From Bacteroidota bacterium (GTDB lineage: Bacteria > Bacteroidota > Bacteroidia > Chitinophagales > Chitinophagaceae): DNA of 64,000 bases. Below the pieces are notes generated by a model, which searched no databases, was not told where the DNA came from, and saw only the letters and a program-made list of their open reading frames with translations. Below are positions 20,767-30,689 of the stretch, piece by piece. The first letter of the stretch is position 1, and every line of letters begins with the position of its first letter. The stretch is from assembly GCA_026391155.1 (NCBI GenBank), contig JAPLEP010000007.1, positions 1,119-65,118 on the forward strand. Reading direction: 5' to 3'. Position numbers and translations under genes: made by a program.

Positions 20767-21834
20767 ATGAGCAATTACAGAGCAGGGGTTTTATTTGGTA
20801 AAGAATTAGAGGCATTATACAATGATGCGAAAGCAAATAAGTTTGCCATTCCAGCAGTCAATACCACTGGAACCGACACTATTAATGCAGCTATCGAAAC
20901 AGCCGCTAAAGTGAACTCTCCTATTATTATTCAATTTTCTAATGGCGGTGCACAATTTATTGCAGGCAAAGGAATGCCTAACGATAATTTACAAGCCAAT
21001 ATTCAAGGAGCTATTGCAGGTGCTTTACATGTACACCAAGTAGCTAAATTTTATAATGTTCCGGTTATTTTACATACTGACCATGCTTCAAAAAAATGGT
21101 TGCCATGGATAAGTGCTTTGATTGATGCGGGGGAACAATATAAAAAAGAAAAAGGACAACCTTTGTTCAGTTCTCATATGTTGGATTTATCTGAAGAAAG
21201 TTTAGAAGAGAACATTCAAACTTCTGTAGAATTTTATAAAAGAATGGCACCTTTAGGAATGAGCATTGAAATTGAATTAGGGGTAACAGGTGGCGAAGAA
21301 GATGGTGTTGATAATAGTAATGTTGATAATGATAAATTATATACGCAACCAGAACACGTTGAATACGCTTATACTGAATTAAGTAAAGTGGGAAATTTAT
21401 TTACAGTAGCTGCTGCTTTTGGAAACGTGCATGGTGTATACAAACCAGGCAATGTTGAATTAAGACCAGACATTTTAAATAATAGCCAAGTACATATTCA
21501 GAAAAAATTAAACACAGCTGAAAAGCCAGTGTATTTTGTATTTCATGGCGGATCGGGTTCACCACAAAATCAAATTAGAGAAGCGATTGGATACGGTGCG
21601 ATTAAAATGAATTTAGACACCGATTTACAATGGGCTTTCTGGGAAGGTATTTTAGGATATTACAAAAAGAATGAGGCTTTCTTACAAGCACAACTAGGTA
21701 ACCCAGAGGGAGCCGATAAGCCTAATAAGAAGTATTATGATCCAAGAGTATGGTTAAGAAAAGGCGAAGAATCCTTCATTCAACGCTTGGAAATAGCTTT
21801 TGATGACTTAAACTGCATTGGTAGAAACGCTTAA
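20767..21834 (+). CDS. fbaA: Fructose-bisphosphate aldolase class II
   Basis: ILHTDH, SHMLDLSEE, FGNVHGVYKPG, VFHGGSG and NKKYYDPRVWLR motifs; TATATTTG promoter at 20741-20748. Confidence 0.97.
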   Translation: MSNYRAGVLFGKELEALYNDAKANKFAIPAVNTTGTDTINAAIETAAKVNSPIIIQFSNGGAQFIAGKGMPNDNLQANIQGAIAGALHVHQVAKFYNVPVILHTDHASKKWLPWISALIDAGEQYKKEKGQPLFSSHMLDLSEESLEENIQTSVEFYKRMAPLGMSIEIELGVTGGEEDGVDNSNVDNDKLYTQPEHVEYAYTELSKVGNLFTVAAAFGNVHGVYKPGNVELRPDILNNSQVHIQKKLNTAEKPVYFVFHGGSGSPQNQIREAIGYGAIKMNLDTDLQWAFWEGILGYYKKNEAFLQAQLGNPEGADKPNKKYYDPRVWLRKGEESFIQRLEIAFDDLNCIGRNA

Positions 21835-21847
21835 ACAAAATTTTAAC

Positions 21848-21889
21848 ACAGCCACCTATTTATTAAAATGGGTGGCTGTTTATTTTTTT
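21848..21889 (+). terminator. Intrinsic terminator after fbaA
   Basis: ACAGCCACCTATTT...AAATGGGTGGCTGT followed by a T-rich tract. Confidence 0.75.
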
Positions 21890-21924
21890 ATAACTTCATA
21901 CAGGACTAAAACGATTGCTTAACT

Positions 21925-22842
21925 ATGAAAAATAGAGAAGAAGATATTGAAGTAAACTTAACCGGAGAAGAAACGGCTGCATCTGAAGCTAGTAAATCAA
22001 GATGGTTTAAAAGAATTAGAAAAGGAATTACTACTTCTACCGCAGATAAAAAAGAAACCCCTGAAGGCCTTTGGACGAAGTGCCCATCATGTAATCATAT
22101 TTGCACTAGTTCAGAATTAAAAGAAAGTTTATTCATTTGCAGCAAATGTAATTTCCATCACCGTATTGGCAGTGATGAATATTTTGACATTTTATTTGAC
22201 GAAGCACAATTCACTGAATTGTTTGATAATATTAAAAGTAAAGACGCACTCAATTTTACCGACTTAAAAAATTACCAAAAACGTTTGGATGAGATTCATG
22301 CCAAAACCGATTTGAAAGATTCCATGCGTGTAGCCGTTGGAAAAGTAAATGGTGAAGAAATCGTAGTGGCCTGTATGGACTTCGAATTTATTGGAGGTTC
22401 CTTAGGCAGTGTGATGGGAGAGAAATTTAGTCGTGCGGTAGATTATTGTATTCAACACAAACTACCCTATTTAGTGATAAGTAAAAGTGGTGGTGCAAGA
22501 ATGATGGAAAGTGCATTTAGCTTGATGCAATTGGCCAAAACGAGTGGCAAGCTTTCTCAATTAAGCGATGCCAAACTTCCTTTCATCTCCATGTTGACTG
22601 ATCCCACTTTTGGAGGTATTTCTGCAAGCTTTGGCATGCTGGGTGACATTAACATCGCAGAGCCTGGCGCATTGATTGGCTTTGCAGGGCCAAGAGTCAT
22701 TAAAGAGACCATAAAAAAAGATTTACCTCCTGGATTTCAACGCAGTGAATTTTTACTAGAACATGGATTTTTAGACTTTATTGTAGATAGAAAAGAATTA
22801 AAAAATAAATTGTCCGAAGTAGCCTTCCTATTTAGAAACTAA
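21925..22842 (+). CDS. accD: Acetyl-CoA carboxylase carboxyltransferase beta subunit
   Basis: [31 protein letters not shown] and IGFAGPRVI motifs. Confidence 0.97.
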   Translation: MKNREEDIEVNLTGEETAASEASKSRWFKRIRKGITTSTADKKETPEGLWTKCPSCNHICTSSELKESLFICSKCNFHHRIGSDEYFDILFDEAQFTELFDNIKSKDALNFTDLKNYQKRLDEIHAKTDLKDSMRVAVGKVNGEEIVVACMDFEFIGGSLGSVMGEKFSRAVDYCIQHKLPYLVISKSGGARMMESAFSLMQLAKTSGKLSQLSDAKLPFISMLTDPTFGGISASFGMLGDINIAEPGALIGFAGPRVIKETIKKDLPPGFQRSEFLLEHGFLDFIVDRKELKNKLSEVAFLFRN

Positions 22843-22913
22843 AGCATTTAGGAAGTCAATATTTAATCCTATTTTTGTTTCCCGTTACCGAGCATTTGGT
22901 ACCGGGATTTTTT

Positions 22914-23378
22914 ATGGCCAAACCCAAAGTTGCACAAGTAAAAGAATTAAACAATAGGCAAGCCTATTTCAACTACCACATAGAGGACAAATATGAGGCA
23001 GGCATTGTATTGTTAGGCACAGAGGTAAAATCCATAAGAGAAGGCAAGGTAAGTTTCAATGACTCCTTCTGTATGTTTGATAAAGGAGAACTTTGGGTAA
23101 GAGGTTTATTTATCAATGCCTATAGTCATGGCAATTCGAACAATCATATTGAAGTGCATGACCGTAAGTTGTTGTTGCAAAAAAGGGAACTTGAAAAATT
23201 AGAAACCAAGGTCAAAGAAAAGGGCTATTCCATTATGCCTTTACGCATATTTTTTAATGAAAAAAGATTTGCCAAAGTAGAGATTGGTGTGGGCAAGGGT
23301 AAAAAAGAATTTGATAAGCGTGAAACCATCAAAACCCGCGATGTTGATAAGGAAATTAAACGTCTCCTTAAGAGATAA
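22914..23378 (+). CDS. smpB: SsrA-binding protein SmpB
   Basis: EAGIVLLGTEVKSIR, RKLLL and GKGKKEFDKRE motifs. Start moved to ATG 22914. Confidence 0.97.
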   Translation: MAKPKVAQVKELNNRQAYFNYHIEDKYEAGIVLLGTEVKSIREGKVSFNDSFCMFDKGELWVRGLFINAYSHGNSNNHIEVHDRKLLLQKRELEKLETKVKEKGYSIMPLRIFFNEKRFAKVEIGVGKGKKEFDKRETIKTRDVDKEIKRLLKR

Positions 23379-23403
23379 AATATTTCATTCAAAATTTTCT
23401 TTT

Positions 23404-23503
23404 AAAAAATATTTCATAGAATAAACACCTATATCTCACTCTCAGATTGCTTCGCTCACAATGTTCGTTCGGCATAGCATTTATTCTTTATTTCATATTT
23501 TTT
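23404..23503. repeat. Hairpin element copy 1 (60-nt core at 23423-23482)
   Basis: Core matches copy 2 at 58/60 nt; flanked by inverted repeats AGAATAAA/TTTATTCT and AAAAAATAT/ATATTTTTT. Confidence 0.85.
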
Positions 23504-23567
23504 CAAGTTACATTCAATATAAATTTTCAATTACTTTACAACCTCAAGCAGTTCATTATAGCATTTT

Positions 23568-23672
23568 TTATTTAAATATTAAGTGAAAAAACACCTATAC
23601 CTCACTCTCAGATCGCTTCGCTCACAATGTTCGTTCGGCATAGCATTTTTTCAATTCTTAATATTTAAATAA
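23568..23672. repeat. Hairpin element copy 2 (60-nt core at 23589-23648)
   Basis: Same core; flanked by TGAAAAAA/TTTTTTCA and a perfect 16-bp inverted repeat TTATTTAAATATTAAG/CTTAATATTTAAATAA. Confidence 0.85.
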
Positions 23673-23676
23673 CCAA

Positions 23677-24105
23677 CTATTCGTATTTTTTCTTAGGAGC
23701 ATCATTGCCTTTTAATTGCTCTTCAATAGCAGAAGGATGTGGACGGTGGGTAGTCGCATAAGCAATGCCTAATAATACAGCAAAGACGCCAAAAGACCAG
23801 GCTAGTTCAATGGGGATTAACCAATAGCCCCAAATTCTTTGTACAGAAGCCTTTTCAGGGGCACTCAATTCATAAATAATTACTAGCTTCTGCCCTATTT
23901 TAGATGCATAATCAGCGCTATCTAATTCAAGCTTATAGTCTTTGCCATATTCAGAATACACGGCCACTATTTTAGCGTCTGTCCCAGCACCTTCCTTTAT
24001 AATAGTTGCAGGAGCAGTTTCACTATCAAAATAATCAGGCTCTCTACTAAAAGGCAAGTAAAGAAAAAAACAGAACAAGAATAATATGATGGATGATCTA
24101 ATCAA
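23677..24105 (-). CDS. Hypothetical two-TM membrane protein
   Basis: 142-aa ORF with N- and C-terminal hydrophobic segments; TTG start uncertain. Confidence 0.7.
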   Translation of the reverse strand: MIRSSIILFLFCFFLYLPFSREPDYFDSETAPATIIKEGAGTDAKIVAVYSEYGKDYKLELDSADYASKIGQKLVIIYELSAPEKASVQRIWGYWLIPIELAWSFGVFAVLLGIAYATTHRPHPSAIEEQLKGNDAPKKKYE

Positions 24106-24117
24106 AATTGATTTATT

Positions 24118-24152
24118 AAAAAAAGGGAAGACTTAATTAAAGCTTCCCTTTT
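24118..24152 (-). terminator. Intrinsic terminator after smc
   Basis: AAAAGGGAAG...CTTCCCTTTT inverted repeat with A/T tracts. Confidence 0.75.
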
Positions 24153-24184
24153 GTATTTAATTATACTTAAAGAATTTGTAAAAT

Positions 24185-27100
24185 TTAATTGCTTAAGCTT
24201 CTAAAATCTACAGGCACAAGCTTACTCACCCCTGGCTCTTGCATGGTGACCCCATAAATAACATCCACCGCACTCATGGTTTGTTTATTGTGTGTGACAA
24301 TAATAAACTGTGAGTTATCACTGAACTTCTGAATCATCTGTGTAAACTTACCTACGTTGGCATCATCTAATGGCGCATCTACCTCATCCAAAATACAGAA
24401 CGGAGCTGGTTTGATTAGATAGATAGCAAACAACATAGCTGTCGCAGTTAAAGTTCTTTCTCCACCACTTAATTGACTGATAGAAGATGGCTTTTTACCT
24501 TTAGGGCGTGCTACAATTTCCACTGCAGTTTCGGCTAAGTTTTCTGGATCTACTAAAATTAAGTCACATGAATCTTCTTCTGTAAATAAGGCTTTAAATA
24601 CCTTTTGGAAGTTCTCTCTGGCTTGGGTATAGGTTTCCAAAAATGCTTTATTCGCTGTTGCTTCCACTTCCTGAATGGTTAACATTAAACTTTCCTTAGC
24701 TGTGACCAAGTCATTCTTTTGCTCTAATATAAAGTCATAACGCTTTTTCATTTCTGTATAAGCTTCAATAGCCGTTGGATTCACTTCCCCCATATTCTCC
24801 AAACGCTTCTTCATTCTATCTGCGCTGGCTTGTAATTCTTCAAGGGTAATTTCAGTGGCTCTACCTTCTTCTAAAATTTCTTCTAATTCTACTTTAAATT
24901 CTACATTCAATCGCTCTTTCATTCCAGACAACTGCAATTTCAAATTGTTCAACTGATCTTTGATTTCATTGATCAATTGATCTACCAATTCCTTAGATTT
25001 AATTTGAATTCTTAATGCACTTTCCTTTTCTTGTAAATTATTTCTTAAATTATAATAAGCTTGATCCGCTTCGTTTAATTTTAATTCTTCTTCCTCTTTG
25101 TTTTTGATCAAATTAACCAATGCAGCTTCCAATTCAGCCAATGCCGCCTTACTTTCAACAATAGCGGTACTTGCTTCTGTTAATTGTGTGCTATTGGTTT
25201 GAATTTGTACATGCAAATCATTCAATTGATTTTCTTTAAATACCACTTCTTGTTGTAAAGCTTCAATTTTGCTGTTTTGCTTGGTCAACTGTAAATTCAT
25301 TTCATTGAATTCGCCTGAGGCTAAATGATAGGCTTGTTCTGCTGCTTGGTAAGCCAATTCCACCTCCCCCAACTGAGCTTGGGTGGTATGCAAGGAAATA
25401 TTCAAGGCCTCCAAAGCGACTCTTGTATCTGCAATGGCAGCATGCTCTTCATTGATCTTATTAGCAAATTCTTCTAATTTAGCTATCGCAGCACTTTGTG
25501 CAGCATGTAAGTTTTCTAATCTATTCTTATTGGCAAACACTTCATTAATTAAAGTATTCACTGATTGCTCGGTGGCTCTAATTTCATTTTCCTTCAATAA
25601 TTCATTGAACTGAAGTACAGAATTGTGTTGATTTTGGATATTCTCTTTTAAAACATTCACTACTTTTTCTTGTGCTTGAATGTCTTCTAATAATTTTTCT
25701 AAATTCTTTGCACGTCCTATTTTTTTCCCTTCAAATAAGCCAACACTACCTCCTGTTAAAGTATACTTTCCTTTTACGAATTTACCCGTTTTCTCTAAAA
25801 TGATACCTGTTGAATCAGCTTCAAGTGCTTGTTCATTTTCTGCGATAAATACATTGCCCAATAAATGATTGGCCAAGGCACTGTATTTTGAATCTATTTC
25901 AACTACGGAAAGTGCTGCCACTGTGTTGGCTGGTGCATTTTCAGCCTTAGCTCCATTCAATTGATCTAATAAGAAGAAATTCGCTTTTCCTTTTTTATTG
26001 TCATCCAACAACTGAACCGCTTGCATCCCTTCCTTTAAATTATTCACTACGTAATAATTTAAGTAAGGTTCTAATACATTCTCCACGGCGGTACGATAAG
26101 CTTCTTGAACATACAAAATATCTGATAAGATGGGTGCTTCATGGTTCCATCCAGTATTCTTATGTAAGAACTTCACACTTTCTGGATAGCCTTCCATATT
26201 GTCTACCAAACTCTTTAATAATTCGTATTCGTTCTTTTTAGCATCTAATTTTCTGGTTTGCTCTGCCAACTCTGATCTTAATATTTCTAGTTGCTCCTGT
26301 GTTTCAAAAATACTTGCTCTTGCTTTTTCATGTTGTATTTGCAAAGCAGCCAAATGCTCTTTGCTATTAGTTAATTCTATTTCCTTAGCAGCCAACTGCT
26401 GTGTTAAATCTTGAATTTGACCTACTCTATGCGCTTGTTCTTCTTCTAATTGTTGATGAGACCTTTGCACATTTTGTATTGACGTATCAGACACAGCCAC
26501 TTTTTTCTCTGCATCAAACTGATTGCGTTGAATTTGTTGGTATTGTTGACGCAATTGATCCAAGACCAATCTTTGATCATCAAACTGTGTCCTCTTATTG
26601 GTTAAAGCTTCTTGTGATTGATCTACCCTTTGTTTAAAATCTTGGTAGATCTTTTCTTCATCTACCACTTGCAATTTGGTATACTCAATTGAATCCCCAA
26701 TAGTTTTTAATTGTCCTTCTGCTCTTACTAAAAATTCTTGCAAAGAAGCTTCTTTATCGTTCAAATAATCTAAACGTTGGGCCGCTAAGTTTTTATCATT
26801 CTCTTTGGTTCTTAACAATTGTAATTTATCATTAAATTCATGCTGCATTGCTTGTAAATGCTTCTCCTTTTCAATGAATACCACACGCTCTTGTTCCAAT
26901 GCAGCTTCTTCCAATGCAATAGAAGCTTCTAATTGAAACTTCTTGTCAGTTTGCTCTTCTTGTTGATCATTAAGTTCTTTATAGCTAATGTTAAAACCTT
27001 CTAAGGAAGCTTTGGCTAGTTCAATGGCTGTATCCTTATAATCTTTTTTGATTTCAAAATACTTCTCCGCCTTCTTAGCTTGATTTTCTAAAGTCTTTAA

Positions 27101-27703
27101 TTGATTGTTGATTTCAAACAACAAATCTTCGATACGCGCTAAATCTTGCTCAGTCGCATCTAATTTATTCTTCGCTTCTTTCTTTCTTGTTTTGTAAATG
27201 GTAATACCCGCCGCTTGTTCTAACATTCTACGACGACTATTGTCTTTATCCTTAATGATATCATCCACCATGCCTAATTCAATAATGGCATAACTATCTG
27301 TACTTACCCCTGTATCTAAAAATAAATTATGGATGTCTTTTAAACGACAAGCCACATCATTCAAACGATATTCACTTTCTCCGTTTTTATAAAAACGACG
27401 CGTAACAGTGATCGTGCTAAATTCTGTGGGCAATAAATTTTTTGTATTTTCAAAAGTAAGGCTTACTTCTGCCATACTACTTGCGCTTCTAGTTTTGCTA
27501 CCATTGAAAACCAAGGAGTCTAAATTTTCACTTCTTAGTGCAGAAATTTTCTGCTCTCCAATGACCCATCTAATACTATCTATGATATTACTTTTACCAC
27601 ATCCGTTAGGCCCAATAATGCCTGTTATACCTTCGTCAAAACTTACAATAGTTTTGTCAGCAAAGCTCTTGAACCCTTTGATTTCTAATGACTTTAGTCT
27701 CAC
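24185..27703 (-). CDS. smc: Chromosome segregation protein SMC
   Basis: GFKSF, GPNGCGKSN Walker A, coiled coils with hinge, LSGGE and LDEVDAPLD motifs; GTG start. Confidence 0.98.
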   Translation of the reverse strand: MRLKSLEIKGFKSFADKTIVSFDEGITGIIGPNGCGKSNIIDSIRWVIGEQKISALRSENLDSLVFNGSKTRSASSMAEVSLTFENTKNLLPTEFSTITVTRRFYKNGESEYRLNDVACRLKDIHNLFLDTGVSTDSYAIIELGMVDDIIKDKDNSRRRMLEQAAGITIYKTRKKEAKNKLDATEQDLARIEDLLFEINNQLKTLENQAKKAEKYFEIKKDYKDTAIELAKASLEGFNISYKELNDQQEEQTDKKFQLEASIALEEAALEQERVVFIEKEKHLQAMQHEFNDKLQLLRTKENDKNLAAQRLDYLNDKEASLQEFLVRAEGQLKTIGDSIEYTKLQVVDEEKIYQDFKQRVDQSQEALTNKRTQFDDQRLVLDQLRQQYQQIQRNQFDAEKKVAVSDTSIQNVQRSHQQLEEEQAHRVGQIQDLTQQLAAKEIELTNSKEHLAALQIQHEKARASIFETQEQLEILRSELAEQTRKLDAKKNEYELLKSLVDNMEGYPESVKFLHKNTGWNHEAPILSDILYVQEAYRTAVENVLEPYLNYYVVNNLKEGMQAVQLLDDNKKGKANFFLLDQLNGAKAENAPANTVAALSVVEIDSKYSALANHLLGNVFIAENEQALEADSTGIILEKTGKFVKGKYTLTGGSVGLFEGKKIGRAKNLEKLLEDIQAQEKVVNVLKENIQNQHNSVLQFNELLKENEIRATEQSVNTLINEVFANKNRLENLHAAQSAAIAKLEEFANKINEEHAAIADTRVALEALNISLHTTQAQLGEVELAYQAAEQAYHLASGEFNEMNLQLTKQNSKIEALQQEVVFKENQLNDLHVQIQTNSTQLTEASTAIVESKAALAELEAALVNLIKNKEEEELKLNEADQAYYNLRNNLQEKESALRIQIKSKELVDQLINEIKDQLNNLKLQLSGMKERLNVEFKVELEEILEEGRATEITLEELQASADRMKKRLENMGEVNPTAIEAYTEMKKRYDFILEQKNDLVTAKESLMLTIQEVEATANKAFLETYTQARENFQKVFKALFTEEDSCDLILVDPENLAETAVEIVARPKGKKPSSISQLSGGERTLTATAMLFAIYLIKPAPFCILDEVDAPLDDANVGKFTQMIQKFSDNSQFIIVTHNKQTMSAVDVIYGVTMQEPGVSKLVPVDFRSLSN

Positions 27704-27795
27704 TTTTATTTCTACTTTTTATGTCTGCGAACATAAGAAAAAGAGCCAAGAATCAAGAAAAAAATGGGGTTTTGTGTACAATTAGTGGAGAAAAA

Positions 27796-28470
27796 TTAGA
27801 CTCCCTCTTTTAACCTGCCACCAGCAGTGGTAAGGGTGCGTGATGGGAACTTACCCACCACCATAAAATCATGGGTAGCCATCAAAATAGCAGTGCCATC
27901 CACTTTGGCAATTTGAAACAATAATTGCATGATTTCATCACTGGTTTCAGGGTCTAAACTACCCGTTGGCTCATCTGCTAGTATCAATTTAGGAGAATTC
28001 AATAAAGCCCTCGCTATATCTACTCTTTGTTGCTCACCACCGCTCATTTCAAAGGTCATTTTAAAGCCTTTATTTTGCAAACCCACTTTGGCTAGGACAT
28101 CTTCAATTTTTTGTTCAATCAACTTCTCGTCTTCCCAACCAGTGGCCTTAAGCACAAATCTTAGATTTTCATGCACATTTCTATCGGTCAATAGTTGAAA
28201 ATCTTGAAAAACAATCCCTAAATTTCTTCTTAAAAAGGGTAATTTCTTCCAATCCATTTCTTTCAAGTCAAAACCAACCACCTTCCCTAGCCCTTCAGTA
28301 AGGGTTATTTCACCATAGAGTGTTTTTAAGAGGCTGCTTTTGCCGGTACCAGTCTTTCCTACCAAATACACAAATTCTCCGCTTTGTACGGTTAAATTCA
28401 CATCTTGCAATATTAAATTACCACTTTGGTAAATATTGACCTGATTTAGTTGAATGACGTTTTCGCTCAT
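27796..28470 (-). CDS. ftsE: FtsE-like ABC ATP-binding protein
   Basis: [31 protein letters not shown] and LADEPTG motifs. Confidence 0.75.
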   Translation of the reverse strand: MSENVIQLNQVNIYQSGNLILQDVNLTVQSGEFVYLVGKTGTGKSSLLKTLYGEITLTEGLGKVVGFDLKEMDWKKLPFLRRNLGIVFQDFQLLTDRNVHENLRFVLKATGWEDEKLIEQKIEDVLAKVGLQNKGFKMTFEMSGGEQQRVDIARALLNSPKLILADEPTGSLDPETSDEIMQLLFQIAKVDGTAILMATHDFMVVGKFPSRTLTTAGGRLKEGV

Positions 28471-28497
28471 GGGAGAATGTATTTTAGGATATCAAAT

Positions 28498-29676
28498 TTA
28501 ATAATTGAATGTTTCTTGCCCAAAATCTCCAGACAATATCAATTCTTTTTGGGTGGAGGCTTCTACTTTACCAATGATTTGTGCTTGTATATTAAAGGTT
28601 TTGGCTAAATCAATCAATGCTTGGGCATTGTTTGCTTCTGTGAATATTTCTAAACGATGCCCCATATTAAACACTTGGTACATTTCTCTTGTATTGGCGC
28701 CAGAATTTTCTTGAATCAATTTAAAGATGGGCGGAACGGGTAAAAAATTATTTTTCACTAAACGCATCGGGCCAGGTAAATATTTCATACACTTGGTTTG
28801 ACCGCCGCCACTGCAATGAATCATCCCTTTCACTGCATCAAAATGATGGGTTAAAATTTCTTTGACCAAGGGGGCATAGGTTCTGGTAGGGCTTAATAAT
28901 AATTTGCCAATATTTATTTTTCCAAATCCTTCGATTTCAATTTCATCGGTCATTTTATTTTTACCTAAATAAACTACTTCCTCTTTTAGTGTAGGTTCAA
29001 AAGTTTCTGGATATTTTGTGGCATAGTCATGATGCAAGACATCGTGCCTAGCACTAGTAAGTCCATTACTTCCCAATCCACTATTGTAGGCCGTTTCATA
29101 AGCAGCTTGACCATAACTGGAGAATCCTACAATTACTTGTCCTGGTGCAATCAAATCATTAGTAATGAGTTTAGATTTGGGCCATCTTGCCGTCATTGTT
29201 CCATTGACCGCAATGGTTCTCACCACATCCCCTACATCAGCGGTTTCTCCTCCTAAAAATTCAATATTAATTCCATAAGCTTTTAATTCATTAAAAAAGC
29301 CTTGCGTACCTTGAATAAGCTCCTGTAAAATAGTCCCATTAATCAATAATTTATTGCGGTCAATAGTAGAGGAAAATAAAATTTGATCGTAGATCCCCAC
29401 ACATAATAAATCGTCCAAATTCATGGCTATAGCATCTTGGGCAATGCCTTTCCAAATACTTGTATCCCCTGTTTCCCTCCAATAGATATAGGCCAAAATG
29501 CTCTTGGTACCGGCCCCATCTGCATGCATAATATTAATGTGTTGAGCATCTTTACCTAAAAAATCGGCATACAATTTACAAAATGCATTGGGGTATAAGC
29601 CCTGATCTAAATCTTGAATAGCTGCGTGTACTTCTTCTTTTTGGGCGGAAACCCCGCGTTGAGCATACAGAGACAT
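28498..29676 (-). CDS. purM: Phosphoribosylformylglycinamidine cyclo-ligase (AIR synthase, Bacteroidota type)
   Basis: YAQRGVSAQKEEVH, HADGAGTKS, GGETADVGD, HCSGGGQTK and VFNMG motifs. Start moved to ATG 29676; TACCTTTG promoter at 29699-29706. Confidence 0.85.
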   Translation of the reverse strand: MSLYAQRGVSAQKEEVHAAIQDLDQGLYPNAFCKLYADFLGKDAQHINIMHADGAGTKSILAYIYWRETGDTSIWKGIAQDAIAMNLDDLLCVGIYDQILFSSTIDRNKLLINGTILQELIQGTQGFFNELKAYGINIEFLGGETADVGDVVRTIAVNGTMTARWPKSKLITNDLIAPGQVIVGFSSYGQAAYETAYNSGLGSNGLTSARHDVLHHDYATKYPETFEPTLKEEVVYLGKNKMTDEIEIEGFGKINIGKLLLSPTRTYAPLVKEILTHHFDAVKGMIHCSGGGQTKCMKYLPGPMRLVKNNFLPVPPIFKLIQENSGANTREMYQVFNMGHRLEIFTEANNAQALIDLAKTFNIQAQIIGKVEASTQKELILSGDFGQETFNY

Positions 29677-29744
29677 GTATCTAAATTGGTTTGTCTGACA
29701 AAGGTACAATTGTTTTACATTTGTGCCATATTTAGCCGCATTAA

Positions 29745-30689
29745 ATGAAGATTCATTACGATTTAAAAATATTACCCCCATTCCGTAACGCAATTGTAAC
29801 TACAGGCGCTTTTGATGGTGTTCATATTGGCCATCAAAAAATCATTAGTAGAATGCAAGCAATTGCCAAAGAGGTAAATGGTGAAACGGTGATTGTGACC
29901 TTCCACCCTCATCCAAGAAAAGTCATTTCCTCCATTCCAGGAGAAATCAAACAGCTGACTAGTTTAGAAGAAAGAATTGATCTACTAAAAGAAACTGGCA
30001 TCGACCATTTAGTAGTGGTCAATTTTGATTACCAATTTTCAAATTTATCGGCCACCCAATACATCAAAGACTTCTTATTTGATCATTTTAAACCACATAC
30101 CATTATTGTGGGCTATGATCATCGTTTTGGCAATGGACGCAATGGCAATTTTGAATTATTAAAAGATACGGGCAAAACATTGAATTTTCATGTGGAGCAG
30201 ATCAATGAACAATTAGTAAACGATGAGATCGTAAGTTCCACACATATTCGAAATTACTTGGCCGAAAAAAACATTGTCAAAGCCAATGAACTTTTAGGCC
30301 ACCCTTATACCTTTGAAGGATTTGTCGTAAGAGGAAATCAATTGGGCAGAACCATCGGTTTTCCTACTGCCAATTTACACATTAACAATGAAGAAAAATT
30401 AATTCCCAATGATGGCGTTTATGCAGTAAAGGTAAAAGGCGATTGTTGTGATCATAAAATATACGGTGGCATGATGAATATTGGCGTAAGACCTACGGTG
30501 GATGGGCAAAAAAAAGTAATTGAAGTAAACATCTTTGATTTCGATAAAGACATCTATGAGCAAAATTTAACCGTTTTAGTTTTTGATTTTATAAGAGGAG
30601 AAGTGAAATTCAATGGCCTTGATGCTTTGAAAGCTCAGTTAAACATGGACAGAATAGCTGCTGGCACTATTTTACAGAAGTATCCATAA
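29745..30689 (+). CDS. ribF: Bifunctional riboflavin kinase/FAD synthetase
   Basis: GAFDGVHIGHQ, VGYDHRFG, SSTHIR, GRTIGFPTAN and NIGVRPT motifs. Confidence 0.97.
   Translation: MKIHYDLKILPPFRNAIVTTGAFDGVHIGHQKIISRMQAIAKEVNGETVIVTFHPHPRKVISSIPGEIKQLTSLEERIDLLKETGIDHLVVVNFDYQFSNLSATQYIKDFLFDHFKPHTIIVGYDHRFGNGRNGNFELLKDTGKTLNFHVEQINEQLVNDEIVSSTHIRNYLAEKNIVKANELLGHPYTFEGFVVRGNQLGRTIGFPTANLHINNEEKLIPNDGVYAVKVKGDCCDHKIYGGMMNIGVRPTVDGQKKVIEVNIFDFDKDIYEQNLTVLVFDFIRGEVKFNGLDALKAQLNMDRIAAGTILQKYP

Noticed and set aside
23423-23648. Direct repeats as a mini CRISPR array
   Set aside because: Only two full copies, the 60-nt repeat and 106-nt gap are outside usual CRISPR sizes, and there are no cas genes in the window.
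23379-23676. tmRNA (ssrA) next to smpB
   Set aside because: No GGGG..5' end, T-arm/CCA tRNA-like 3' end or tag reading frame was seen.
27408-27785. 125-aa ORF and the many other 60-135 aa ORFs overlapping assigned genes
   Set aside because: They are antisense or off-frame shadows of well-supported CDSs with no recognisable motifs.
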